Below are positions 34,886 through 47,512 of a DNA stretch of 64,000 nt, one piece after another (positions within the stretch are counted from its first letter, which is position 1; every line of letters starts with the position of its first letter). Both the position numbers and the translations under genes were made by a program. Under the pieces are notes generated by a model. That model worked only from the letters and a program-made list of their open reading frames with translations, searched no databases and was not told where the DNA came from. Source of the DNA: Emiliania huxleyi CCMP1516 (Eukaryota); contig NW_005202237.1 in NCBI RefSeq assembly GCF_000372725.1, forward strand, positions 310,001 to 374,000, read 5' to 3'.

Positions 34886-36850
34886 CTAAGAGAGAATTGG
34901 CTGTGACGAATCAGCGTAAGCGCTAAGCCTAAGCGCTTCTTCCAAGAGCGCCTGAAAGCGCCACCGGGAGGAGCGCGGGGAGCGGCGCCCTCGGCCGCGC
35001 AGGTGGCGCAGCAAGAGAGGGCGGCGCGCGGGAGCAATCGTACCAAGTGCAAGTCGGCCATGAAGTCGGCCGAGACGCGCGAGAGCTCCGCCGGCGCGAA
35101 AATGCGATATCATCAGCGCTTGGTACTTGCTCCTTATCCCGACAACGCAAGCCGTTCGAACATGAGGATCTGCATCCAAGTCGCTTTCTCGACACGGCTC
35201 TCGGCCGCAAAGGTGAGGCAGGTGAGCTGCACTCTCGAGGTCTTCAGCCCACTGCTTCGTGGCGTGAGCGCTCCCTGCGGTGAAGATATCTTCACCTATA
35301 ACGAGGATTGAAGGGGCGGAGGTTGGATGAGCGGAACACGTGGGTCATGAGGTGCAAGAGTGAGTGGCAATTCCGCCTTGAACACGTAAGGGAACGAAGC
35401 CCCTCTTCGCGGCTTAGCGTCGGGGATGTCAAGAATCTGCAGTCGGTCGTCGAGAACAAACTCGGCCACAGGACGGTCCAGCCGGCTGAGGCCAAAGATC
35501 GCGAGGGTGCCAGCGCGCAGCACCTGAGTAGAGAGCGCGATCGCTTAGTGGCGGACTCGCGTGCGAGCAGCAGGTGTGCGCAGGAAGCTGCCACGATGCG
35601 CTTGGCGCTCTTAGCCAGCGAGCCCGACGACGATTTTACCTTTCGCAACGGGGCGAGAGACGATGGGGAGGTGGGGGGGGGGGGGGGGGAGTTACGACTT
35701 TGGTGTGCGTACCTGTAGGAGGCCCTGCAGGCTCTGCAGGCTCCTCCCACCGAGCAACTCTCCAAGCTGCAAGCTGGTGTCCTCGCGGGGGTCGATGGGC
35801 TCATTGCTAGGCGCGGTCTGCGCGTTGTTAACGACCTCACTTACTCCATCGCTGCCAGCCTCGACGGCTCCGACGTTGACTCCGACGCGGCCCCCGCCAC
35901 AGCCGCCGATGCCTTCATCGCTACTGCCCGCGCCGCTACATTCGCCACCTTGATTGCTCATTGCGTTCCCTTTGGCCGGCGTTGGCGGGGCGTCCGACTG
36001 AGCGCTCAGACTCGCACCACTTACTCGCAGTGGCGGTCCATGTGGGGCATGCGCACTCGTGGGTTGCCACCCCTCTCCGTGCGATAGGCGCCGAGCCAGG
36101 ACCAAGTCCGCAGCCTCGAGGTTAGCTCTCAGGTCGGCCGCCTGTGGGGCGCAAGGTAGGCGAAGCAAACGTGTCTCCACGTCATGAGCTAGGCAGGAGG
36201 ACCCCAGTGGGCGCGGCTACCTGTGAGGCACACTCCTTGACGTCCGCGGTGATGAAGGCGGAGAATGCAAAATATAGAGACTTGAGTTGGCCTTCGAGGT
36301 CCTCAACTCTGGCATCGCTGAGATCATAGCGGATGGACGCGGCGGCCAGCTTCTCGCGCAATGCAGCTACCTCTGCCGCCGATGCTTCTGCGTGGGCCGC
36401 AGCCGCGAGGCTGCCGTCGCCGCAAGCGCCGTCAGCCTCTTCAAGCTTCTTGAGAGTGCTTTGCTGCAATTTTCGCATGCTCTCGACCTCTGACAGAGCT
36501 GATGATGCGGTCACCTCCGCCTGGGCGGCTCGGTGCTCAGCAGCCTGGATAGCCAGCTCCGCACTGCCGCCCATCGACCTCGATCGGTTCTCGAGTCCCG
36601 ACTCCAAATGCAGCTCGAGTTCAGCCACACGTGCCCTGAGCTCACCAGAAGCTTCGGTGCTGCATGCTTCCCTCAGGGCCGCCGCAAGTTGCGCCACGGA
36701 GAGCCCGCCTCTCATCTCGAGCGCAATCCTGAGCTGACGTTCTAGCCGCTCCTTTTGCAGCTGGAGGTGTGCGGCTTGTTGCCGGTGGTGCCGAAGCTGG
36801 GCGCTCAGCGCGGTGAGCCCGCTTGCCGGCTGGGGCACGCTGTCTTGCAT
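34886..36850 (-). CDS. Coiled-coil protein with a C-terminal PH-like domain, multi-exon (3' end uncertain)
   Basis: MQDS...LQLQKERLERQLRIALE...ELRARVAELE coiled coil; later exons LRAGTLAIFGLSRLDRPVAEFVL...FPYVFK and IFTAGSAHATKQWAEDLESAA resemble PH strands and the terminal Trp helix. Confidence 0.6.
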
Positions 36851-37129
36851 GGCTCTTGTGTGCAAGCGGACGCGAGTTGTTGTTCGCCCGCCGCGAGTGC
36901 AAACTCGATAAAGCCTTCTTCTTCTTCAAATTGGGTTGCGGTGACAGATGCCCCCCCCCCCTTCAGGTTTTCGCAGTTTTCCCGTGCCTAGTCGTAAAGA
37001 AAGAAAACAAGGGGCGGGATGGAGGACGGCACGCCGCCACCATATACCCGTATATTAAAATGAACTCCATATACCCATATACGGAATTTAAGGAGAGGCG
37101 TGTTGCGTAGGAAGCCGCCGGATATAACT

Positions 37130-37690
37130 GGGGCCCCGGACGTAAGTGGGGCGGGCCGGCGGGCCCCGGCCGGGTCAAAAGTGGCCGCTCCCGGGCCGCC
37201 GAGCGTGCTTTTGCCGGGCCGGTTTTCTCCTCGCCGGGCCCGCCTCGCGCAAAACGGGCCCGGCAAACCCTCCCGTCCGGGTCCGGCTGTGAGTGAGCGG
37301 GCCGGCCTATGTGCCGCAGACGGGCCCGGGCAGGACGGTTTGCCGGGCCGGTTTTCTCCTCGCCGGGCCCGCCTCGCTCCTCGACCTGCTGGTTTGGGCG
37401 CATCGGCCCGGGAGTGGCAAGCCGGGCCCGGCAAAGCGCGCGGGCCGGGCCCGGCACGGGTCCGAGCCGGGCCCGGCAGGGGCCCGAGCCGGGCCCGGCC
37501 TGGGCCGGCGCCCCACTTTGCAAATCGACCCGTTTCCCATCCAATATCTCCCACTCGGCCGCGGAGGCCCCAACTGAGAGCGGGGCCCGGGGGAGGGGGT
37601 CCCTACTGGTCGTGCCCACCCCTCGCACGACCCCGGGCGACAGCAGGGGACCCCGCAGCAGCAAACCCGCCCCACTTACATCCGGCGCTT
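37130..37690. mobile_element. ~560 bp GC-rich MITE-like element with imperfect TIRs
   Basis: Left CCGGACGTAAGTGGGGCGGG vs right CCCGCCCCACTTACATCCGG; internal direct repeats TTGCCGGGCCGGTTTTCTCCTCGCCGGGCCCGCCTCGC. Confidence 0.7.
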
Positions 37691-37786
37691 CAAGGAAAGA
37701 AAGAAAGAAAGAAAACAGACAACCCAAGGGAGGGATGGGAGGACGGTACGGCGCTTCAAGGTTGGAGCGCTTGAACTGCGGAAATT

Positions 37787-38400
37787 AGAAAGAAAACAGA
37801 CAACCCAAGGGAGGGATGGGAGGACGGCACGCCGCCACCACATAGGGATTTTATGAAGAGGGGTGTGGTGCGCTAGCCGTCGCCCACCCTTGGGCGTCCG
37901 CCTCTTCCTATCTCTCTTCGCAGTCTCTCGCCGACTCTCGCTGCAACCTTCATGCCACCCCGCGGTCGTCCCACTCTCGTCGTTCCCTCCCTTGTCACTT
38001 CCTCCTCTGTCGCGTCATTCTCTTCTGCCTCGTCCTGCGGCGCCGCCGCCTGCCGGTCCCTTGTTCTCGCGGCTTCTTTCGCCTTTCGGCGCAACTCAAA
38101 CAACAGGGCTCCAGGCCCCAAATTACGTGTGAGTGTTAGAGTTGTTTGGTATTGCTAAAAATCTCTCGCAACTCCGTCCTCCCTTGCTGCGTATCCTGGC
38201 CCCTCAAGTCTATCGAGCTCTCCTCGCGCAAGGACGAGTCTTCTGATGCCCACTGCGATCATTTGCCACCCAGTCATGTCGTTGCTCAGGTCCACTCTCT
38301 CTTCGAACACTTGTACCTCTACGGATGATGCCGGCGCTGGGGTCCCCTTCGGATGCGTCGTGACATCTGACAACTGGATTTCCACTGGTTCGTCCTCCTC
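37787..38400 (+). mobile_element. Left part of the TIR-family element, homologous to 56862-58190
   Basis: Shares the terminus and internal blocks (GAGCTCTCCTCGCGCAAGGAC, GGCTCCAGGCCCCAAAT...GTATTGCTAAAAATCTCTC) with the 57-58 kb copy. Confidence 0.8.
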
Positions 38401-38618
38401 GAAGTCATCTTCTCCGGCTTCCTTCCGCTCGGCTCTACATTCTTTGTCTGCTGTGAGACATCGTCTGCTAAATTCTTTATGCTAAAATTCTTTTTCTCAA
38501 ACCCAAGAGAGAAGGACGCCGCTGGGAGAGAGCCGCCCGACTCCAGAAGCTAGCGCCGACGGCTGCGGGAGGCTCGATCGGGTAGCGCGGTATCGGGGCA
38601 CAACGTGCTGCCCTCTGC

Positions 38619-40628
38619 ATGGCGCGACCAGCAGATAAACAGTACGACGTGCTCATCAAACTCCTTTTGATTGGGGATTCCGGTGCGCATGGATCCGCAT
38701 CCGTGCCCACCGGCCGCAAGGAGCCCACGTCTCACTGGAGCCGCCACAGCGTCCCGTCGGAGTCTTTCCATGACGACCTCCGTCCTCTCCACCCTTGTCT
38801 GGGGCCGTCCACTGTCCGCGCCCGGCGGCTGCGCACTGGAGACACGAGAGGAAGATCTCTGCTGCATGCCCGAAAGGCCGCCTGTCCCGTCCGCCGCCTG
38901 CGCAGGCGTGGGGAAGAGCTCGATTCTGGTGCGGTTTGCCGACGACTCCTTCTCGCAATCCTTCATCGCCACGATTGGGCGCGTGTGGCCGAGCAGTAGA
39001 GACCGCACCCGCACATAGCTGCTAGAGCTGCCACACAGACAGACGGCTGTCGGCGGGTCGGCGGCGCGCCACAGAAGCAGAGAGGCGCCCGGGTGGCGCG
39101 GCGCCGCTCTGTGCCAGCTGTTGGGGCCACCTGCATCGCAGATGTTTAGCCTGGTCTTGTCCTCGCGCTTGGCTGGTCTCTGCGCGCTCCACGCCTCACG
39201 CCGCTTCACCCGTCGCCACGCCTCGCGCCGCTCGCCGCAGGATCGACTTTAAGATCCGGAGCGTGGAGCTGGACGGCAAGCGAGTCAAACTGCAGATCTG
39301 GGACACGGCGGGGCAGGCGCGTCTCGCCCTCTCTCTCCTCTCTCCTCCCCCCTTCCCCTCCTCCCCCTCTCCGCCTCCGTCGTGCAAGCCGCCCCCCTTG
39401 CTGCCGCCTGCTACCCGCCTCCACCAGCTACCCGCCTCCACCAGCTACCCGCCCCTCCACCAGCGGAGCCACCCTCCCCGACCCGGTCTCCGCGCGCCCC
39501 CGCCGCCACTCTGCCCGAGCCCCTCTCGCGCTCCCCCCCTTACCCCCCCCCCCCCACCACGCCCTACCCCCCGCGCCCTCCCCCCCGCCCCTCACGCTGC
39601 CCCCCACCCCCCCGCCCCTCCCCCTGCCCCCACCCCCCCGCCCCTCACCCTGCCCCCACCCCCCCCGCCCGGCCAGGAGCGGTTCAAGACCATCACGACC
39701 GCCTACTACCGCGGCGCCATGGGCATCCTCCTCGTCTACGACGTCACCAACGAGGAGCCCCTCCCCGCACCCGCACCCTCCCCGCACCCGCACCGCCCCC
39801 TCCCCGCACCCGCACCGCCCCCGCACCCGCACCGCCCCCGCACCGCCCCATCGACACGCAACAGGCCCCTCCGGAGTCACACTCCATTGTCGGCGTCAGC
39901 GTCGGCGTCGGCGTCGGCGTCAGTGTCGTAGTCCGTGTTGTAGGACTCCTTCTCCAACATCTCCTCGTGGATGAGGGCCATCGAGCAGCACGCCTCCGAC
40001 TCGGTCAACAAAGTGCTCCTCGGCAACAAGGCGAGAGGACGCGCAGACTGCTGCACCACAGACAGAGCAGAGAGACAGGGCAGAGAGGCGGCAGAGAGGC
40101 GGCAGAGAGGCGGCACGGAGATGTAGCCGAGGCGAACGCACACCTCGGCAAAAAGGAGGCGTCGCCCCCCCCCCCCCCCAGGCAGGCACCCCCCCCCCCC
40201 CCCATTCTCCCCCCCCCCTTCTCCCCCCCCCCGCGGCAGGCGGACACGAGTGGTCCGCTCGTCAGCCAGCGCCGCGTCTCGGCCGAGAGGGGGCAGAGGC
40301 TCGCGGGAGAGTACGGGCTGCAGTTCTTTGAGGTTTCGGCAAAGAGCAACGTCAACATCGAGCAGGCCGCTCCCCTCAAACCCGCACCCTCCCCCCTCCT
40401 CCCCCCCCACCCCCCAACCCTCCCTCCCCCGCGCACCCCTCCCCTCGGCAAGCCTCTCAGCAACGCGCTTCCGACATCACGCCCTCCCTGTTCCAGGCCT
40501 TCTTCACGATCGCGCGCGACATCCACGCGCGACTGCAGAACACCTCTGCCGCAGCAGCCGCGGGCGCTTCCGTCCGGTTGGGGGAGGGCAGCGCCAAACC
40601 CGGCGGCGCTAAGGCGGGCTGCTGTTGA
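38619..40628 (+). CDS. RAB8: Rab8/Sec4 (RabE) small GTPase, 7 exons
   Basis: [84 protein letters not shown]-terminal CC prenylation motif. Confidence 0.96.
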
Positions 40629-41737
40629 GGCTGCTGTTGACAGCGACGCCTCGCCCGTTACTGGCTGGCGGCCGTGGCGGCTCGCCCATTGCCCGTTGAG
40701 GCAGGGGGCGAGGCTCTCGAGGAAGCCTCCGTTCACCCACTTTTGAGTGTACACAGTCTCTGCGCAGGCGGACCGACCTTGGGTCAGCGTGCAGGTCTCG
40801 GTCAGATGACAGACCATCCGATAATGGCTCAATTGTGTAGACATCGCCGTAACCCCCATATGTGAAGTACGCAGATTCCACAATTATTTCGGGGCGATCT
40901 CAGGTGTAGACAACACACAGCATCAACGACATCAGGATCAGCCTAGCCCTAGCGCCTAGGCCATGGCATGGCCCGGGCGTTGCGCGAAAATAGAGCAGTC
41001 ATCTCCAGGAGAGATGGGGCACCGCGCGAACACAGAGGCACAGTACGCACCCCGTAAATAATAAATAAATAAACAAAGAGTTGGACAAATACCAAATTCC
41101 AAATCGCAAACATAGAAACCCAAACACAGGCGGCGACGTGGCATACGAGCTCATAGGAGAAGGAGGCGGGCACAACTTCCAAGGACGCACGAGCGAGCGA
41201 GACAGCAGCCATGACGATGATGATTCAGCGCGTGAACGCCAACTCGCCGGCACAGGCCGTGAAGAGCCGCGCACGCGGGCCGACGATTACGCAGCTGCGT
41301 GCCAAGCAGGCCGCTCTTGTGGCCGCATCCGAGCTCGCGGCTTCGAGTGATGCCGAGGCGAGTGTGGTAAGGCACTCGCCCGTTGACGAAGCCAAGCGGT
41401 GGGCAAGCGGCAAAGGCCGCAAAGTGGGCTTCGCAAAAGCACGTGCCACCTTCCGTGGCGGCGGCACGGGAATCGCGGCGACGGCGGCGAAGCACGACTC
41501 GCTCATCAAGAAGGCCCGCTGGCGCGGTACCGAGCAAATAATAAATAAAAACGGTCAACTCTGAGACGAGATAGGATTTAGGGACATGTGTCCCCGCCCT
41601 GCACGATCTTGGTGTGAGGGATGTGCGCACCCCGTCCCGCTCACAGGGCGTTGAATTTTCTGGTTGAGTGGCCGAAAAATCTTTTGTTTGTGTTTGGTGC
41701 CCAGAGCCTCTGGCTGGCAGACGCAGAGCGTGATCAA

Positions 41738-42106
41738 ATGATTGCTTCTCTCGTTCAGCCCGCGCTCGTCTTCGGAGCGGCGGCGTCACGTCGGCCTCGG
41801 AGCGGCGGCGGCGTCGGAACGGCGGCGCGGCCTGAAGCCACGTTGGCAGACCAGATGCTGCACCTCATCGGAAAGTGGAGCCTCGACGACGACGTCTCCA
41901 AGCCATTCATCACGGACGACGTGCGAGACGCGTGCCTCGTGCCGATCGAGCTGGAATGGCTCAACGACAAGATTTGCTTGATGGAGGAATGCCCCGTGGA
42001 ACGCCCGGAGGCGATGGCCGCTGCGTGGGAGCGCGTCAAGTTCCAAGGAGAGGGCTGTGTCACCGTCAATGGACTCGCAGCTGAAATCCGGAGCCATTCG
42101 TCGTGA
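41738..42106 (+). CDS. Small hypothetical protein with a possible N-terminal targeting peptide
   Basis: MIASLVQPALVFGAAASRRPR... followed by an acidic, globular-looking ~85 aa region. Confidence 0.5.
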   Translation: MIASLVQPALVFGAAASRRPRSGGGVGTAARPEATLADQMLHLIGKWSLDDDVSKPFITDDVRDACLVPIELEWLNDKICLMEECPVERPEAMAAAWERVKFQGEGCVTVNGLAAEIRSHSS

Positions 42107-42631
42107 GCTTCACTTATACCGATCTCAAATAGTAACAGTACGTGCATAGTGCCAAAATACTGTACCACACAAAGTCAAAGATCGCATGCGGCGGGGACTT
42201 GACACTTGTTCCTGTTAAAGCCTTACCCCCATCTCGCGTCTTCTAGTAGGGCCGGTGTCCGTTTTATGTATTTATTCGTACCACACAAAAGTTCAAAAGA
42301 TTGAGCGCCGAGTTCAATAAAAAAGAAAGCGTGACTCTCGTATCGCAATACTGTGATGTGTCATGTGTGGCGCTCCGGGAGGGTGGAGGGGTGGAGGGTG
42401 GAGGGGTGGAGGGGTGGTTGAGCCCTCTAGCTCTATCGATATAGCCCTACCCCTCCCGCCGTTTTAGGGCCTCCCCACCCGCTATGTGCTGAATCACCGG
42501 CACCAGCCCGCCGTCACAGATCTTTCCGCATCACGCCGGCAGCCCTTCCCTCACCGGTAGGATACGCGTGGGACCAGTAGAGAGGGTAGAACTCTTGCAA
42601 GCGCGCCTCGAGACAAGTGTCGACAAACAGC

Positions 42632-43549
42632 TCATTCGGCAGGGGGGCTCGTCGACGGGTCAACCAGGAGGCGCTTCGTCTCGAGAGACATGGGCGCGAT
42701 GCCCCAGATCTCTGGGAGCACGCCGCGGGCGGCCTTCTTGTCGATCGCATCGAAGAAGAGGTCGAGGTGTACGTGCCTCGCCTGTTCTGCGAGAGAGGGA
42801 AACTTGACAGCCTTGGCAGCCAGGACGGACACCGCAAAGTCGGCGCCAAGGGTGATCCGGATCGACTCCGCCGAGGCATTGCCAATCTTCTTGACCGTGT
42901 CCCGCTGTGCGGCCACGCTGAGCCCGTCCACGGTGGCATTTCCGAGGCTCCCCATCGTGCGGCCCGCGATGGACACGTTCAGCAGGTGGAGCGAGCTATC
43001 GACGGGCATCGCGGGGGCCAAGGGCGCCGCCCGGTTCAGATTGACGCTGACTGCCGTCTTGCTCGCGCGGACGACACGCATAGAGTGGATCCAGTCGCCC
43101 ACCTTTTGGTCGGCGCCAGGCGTTGGACCGGCGGTCGCGAGAATTTCGACGTCGCCTTGCGCAAAGAGCTTGACCTCTTGGCCCGCCGGAAGCCAGTAGC
43201 GCGTCTCTACGCCCTCGAATCGTGTCAGGGGGTCGCCGCCCCCGAAGGGGTTGGGCGGGGGCACCAGCATGCAGGGGCCGTTTGCCTCTGGTGGGCAGCC
43301 GGTCTGGCAGCCGCACAAATCGATCGGTGCCTCACCGCACTCACAGCCAGCAATGAAAGAGCAGCTGCAAACCTCAAGGCTCACTGGGCAATCCATCTCA
43401 CAGGCTGGCATCGCGGGGCAGAGCTTCGCGCAGCCAGTAGCTTCCTCGTAGAACTTTAACTCGCCGTTGCACATATAGGGCGCCCAGGTGTCACAGGACG
43501 CCCCAAGGATGATCTGAGCCATGGTCGCCGGGACGAGGGCAACACTCAT
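42632..43549 (-). CDS. Cys-rich, probably secreted protein with a VWD/root-cap-like domain
   Basis: N-terminal Cys-rich block (CAKLCPAMPACEMDCPVSLEVCSC...), then GGGDPLTRFEGVETRYW (GDPH-like), beta-rich body, HLDL...ARGVLPEIWG. Confidence 0.65.
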   Translation of the reverse strand: MSVALVPATMAQIILGASCDTWAPYMCNGELKFYEEATGCAKLCPAMPACEMDCPVSLEVCSCSFIAGCECGEAPIDLCGCQTGCPPEANGPCMLVPPPNPFGGGDPLTRFEGVETRYWLPAGQEVKLFAQGDVEILATAGPTPGADQKVGDWIHSMRVVRASKTAVSVNLNRAAPLAPAMPVDSSLHLLNVSIAGRTMGSLGNATVDGLSVAAQRDTVKKIGNASAESIRITLGADFAVSVLAAKAVKFPSLAEQARHVHLDLFFDAIDKKAARGVLPEIWGIAPMSLETKRLLVDPSTSPPAE

Positions 43550-44147
43550 GCTGCTGGTGTGCGTCCGCGCCGGATTGGATTGACTCGATAATTGCGCGAA
43601 TTCGCCGCGGGCACCGCAAAATCTTTTACCAGAACGGCGGCGGCGGCGGGGCGTGCGCGTCTCGAGGAGGTCGAGAGATTCTCGAGGTTGATATCCTTTG
43701 GCCGCGTTGGGTAGCGAGGATTGGTGTGACGCGGTCCACATTATTTTGGACAAAAACACAAAATCTCTCTCTATTTTGCTTTTTGGTGTTTTCTGACAGC
43801 CGACCGTCACGATCACACACACAGAGTTGCCCCTTCTCCGACGGCCCCGGCTACCTAGCTAGTAGCCAATTCCCGGGTTGGACCGTCTGTCCGTGGGGGG
43901 GAGGGATTCGAGCCCCGGAGGCGGAGCGGGAGGGTTGATACTCGGGCACGACCTGCTCCTCTATCTCGCGCAAACAAAATACCTGGACCGAGTGGCACAC
44001 TAATACACAGACAGGGAAGGCAACGTAAAAACTTCACTACGCGCGGGAACGCGTGTCCTCGGAGAGACAATGTGGAGGGCCACCGCGTCACAAGCACGCG
44101 ACGAGACTAACCACCCGGCAAAACGCGCTTTCGCGCCCGGAGCGCAG

Positions 44148-44990
44148 CTACTCCGGCATGGTCGAGCCCGAGGCGCGCCTCTTCATGTCTGCCGCGAGGT
44201 TGCCATTCAGCTTTGCATGTGCCGTGCCGCTCTTGCGGGCGGTCATAGCCTTGGAGTACTTCCAATAGTCGGCGACCCCCTCGGCCCGGGTCTGCAGCGC
44301 ACCCGCAGACACTGATCCTGTGGCGCGGGTGGAAGATGGTGCGGCAGAGTGTGACAAAAGAGAGGCCGTAAACCACCAGGCCTCCCATCGGGCCCCAGAG
44401 TGCGTAACTCACCCGTGCGGCCGGGATGCGACTTGGTTGTGCCCGTGGTGCAGAGCATGGCGGCCGCAGTCGAAGAGACGCCCATCAGGGTCTCGGCATC
44501 TGCGCAGGGGTGACGGGTGACTGAGGGCAGCATGTGCGGCGAGGGCAGTGCGCTTCCCGAGGTTGCACCGCTGGTGATCTTTGAGCAGTACTCCTGGACT
44601 GTCAGACCCGCCGCATCGAGCTTGTCCAGGAGGCAGGGCTCACCCGTGTTTGGGTTGGTGGATGGCCGCCGGGCCACAGGGCCGTTGATGTAGCCTGTGC
44701 GGGAGGCAGGAGAGAGGTGGGAGGGCCAGCGGAGGGGCAGCGGGAAACGGCCGATAGATACTCGAGTAGAGACGCTGGTAGCTCGAATTGCCAGTCGCTT
44801 CGAGAGAGAGAGATTTTTAGAAGCCAACAAGAAATGTGTACGTGTTCGCTTCGATGGGCTGCATGACAAGCAAACGAGAGGAGGAACTTCTGAATACGTC
44901 CATGGCAGAGTTCCAGCCAGCCAGCTCTCCCATGGCGGTCGATTCCCTCTTTCTTTCGACGTGGCAAAAACGGACGATTACCTTTCCAGC
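44148..44990 (-). CDS. Possible multi-exon hypothetical gene or relic
   Basis: Protein-like segments in different frames (GYINGPVARRPSTNPNTGEPCLLDKLDAAGLTVQEYC; EGVADYWKYSKAMT). Confidence 0.3.
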
Positions 44991-46410
44991 GTTAGCGACT
45001 CGCTCACGGCCCCGTGAGAAGGATCAATTTCCCCGCTTGGGCGACACAGATGCCAGCCACAAGCGGGGCCGCCCCGAGGAATTCCTGATTCCGCGTCGAC
45101 GTCGGCTTAGGCAGGGGCGGCGCCGACTGACCGCGCCCTTATTAGTTAGGCGGCGAGAATGCCAGGTAGTGATGAAGTATTCAAGGGTGCAGCACCGCGT
45201 CTCGGTGATCGCCGATCGTGCGCCATTGTGGTAACTGTGCGTTGTGTCGTTGGTGTACGTTGGAGTATTACGTGTGTGGGAGCATGAACCTGTAGAGTGC
45301 GTACGGGGGCTCCCACTATCCTCTCCCTCTAATGCCTGATTACATACCGTCCGTGAGGCAGCATGTATGACCACCACAGCCTCGCACCCCCCCCGCCAGC
45401 GGCACACAAAATATGCGGCGATGACCGTATCCTTTGAGCTTGTGTACAGCCACGCCCTCCACGCGCGGCGGAGATGGCAGATGCGCCGCACGCGCACGTC
45501 AGCTCGCGAGTCCTGTCGGCTCGTGGGGCTCGACGTTCACGATCCTCATCCAGTCGCATCGCGAACCGCGCGGCCGCGGCGAGTCGCAAACCCGCAACCG
45601 TCGTGTACTGCTACTGGCTGGCTGGTGTAGTTTCTGTGAGCTCGCTACGCCCACTGCCGCTCATCGCCAACTGGCACATCCCGCTGCAGAACTTTCCGCA
45701 GGTAGACCTATGGGGGCTTGTTCTATTGTGTGTTACCTTTCTTTCTTCTGGTGACCTCCAGCTATAGTCACTCACTTGAGTGAGCACTGGCCGAGCGCTC
45801 AAGCGCAGTAGCCATGGATGGCAGTAGCCGGTTGGTCTCATGCCTCAGCGTGTGTCGGCCCTCAACGGAGGAATTGACGCGCGGTCCATGTACCATACCC
45901 CCAAGAGTTGGAACCCTCGCCTTGCCGTTGCCCCTTGCCCTCTGCGCACGCCGTTTCCAGTTCCACCATCTCGGCCACATTTTCAGAAAAGAAATTCTGC
46001 AAAGGGGTGTGAACGGAGAGAGCAAACTCCTGGCAGCTCCCACAGCCGAAATGTGCGCCAGCTGCCCGCTCACCTGTGTCACGCCGCCGCGCACGCACCT
46101 TGCTATGTGCTCGCGCGAGCTCCCGCCCGAACCTCCAGCTCGGCGTCCCACTGCTTGGGAGCCGATCGCTTTTCCTCGGCGCTCGCGTCGAGCCGAGCTC
46201 TCGGCACTCTACGGCGGGCGTCGCTGTGCGGGGCGCCCGTTTCCTGCTGGCCCGAGCGGAAAGCTCCACGCGCCCGCGCGAGCTCCCGGCCGAGCCTCCA
46301 GCTCGGCGTCGCACTGCTGAGGAGCAATTTGTCGTCCGTCGGTGCTCTCGAGGAGCCGAGCTCCTTGGCCTGCGGCCGGCGACGCTGCAGGACGGCGCGC
46401 GCGCACCGGG

Positions 46411-46510
46411 NNNNNNNNNNNNNNNNNNNNNNNNNNNNNNNNNNNNNNNNNNNNNNNNNNNNNNNNNNNNNNNNNNNNNNNNNNNNNNNNNNNNNNNNNN
46501 NNNNNNNNNN
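46411..46510. other. Assembly gap (100 N)
   Basis: N run. Confidence 1.
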
Positions 46511-47271
46511 TAGGTCGTCCTCCGAGATATCGGTGCCGGACCGGCGGGGCGGGGGCGGGGCGGCGTCGGAGCAAGTGTCTCGGCCGTCGGTCGACGGAGC
46601 GGCGACCCGCGAGCACGCTTCGTCGGCGCCCGACGAGGGTGGTGCCGCTGTCGCTCTGCCGCGTGCGCAGGCGTGCGCAGGCGTGCCGAGGTCTCGCGAC
46701 GGCACTCAGCCCGAGCCCCTCCGGGCGCTCGATCGTATGCTCGTGGAGGCGTCGCGCGGCCGCAGTCTTCGCAGCGGCGGCCGCCGCTGCGGTGGATGCG
46801 GGCCAGAAAGAAGGCCGCGCGCGCGGCCAGGGGCCAGGGCTGGCTCTGGCTCGGGCGAGGGCGATCCCGGTTGTCCCTCCGCGGGCGCCTCTGGTCATGC
46901 CCGCTTGCTCGACGGCTGGGTTGTGCGTGCGCGCGACTCTCGAGTCGTCGGCGAGTAGTGTGCGCGGGCGGTGGGTGCCGTGGAGATTAGGGGAGACGTC
47001 GCTTTGAGCTGCGGGTAGCGGGACCGGGAGATGTTGGGAGATACAGACACGGCGGTACGGTGTCTGGAGTAACATCTCAGAGGTTGAGCAGCGCAGGGGG
47101 TGTGCACCTGCCCCCCCATCTCCGGTCCAACGAGTAGAAACATGTTTCCAAAAAGCAGCTACGCCCCGACACGACGACGAGACTCACTCCCCTGGTCGCA
47201 CACGCTCCCCCCTCCCCGACACTCGCAGCAAGCAGCAAGGATCGGGCGGGAGAGGAATTAGCTCAGAGAGA

Positions 47272-47445
<174 letters not shown>

Positions 47446-47512
47446 GTACAGTACAGTGATCAACAGAGACCCCCACCCACACGCCGCGCAGTGTGGGAAG
47501 CGACGACGAGAC

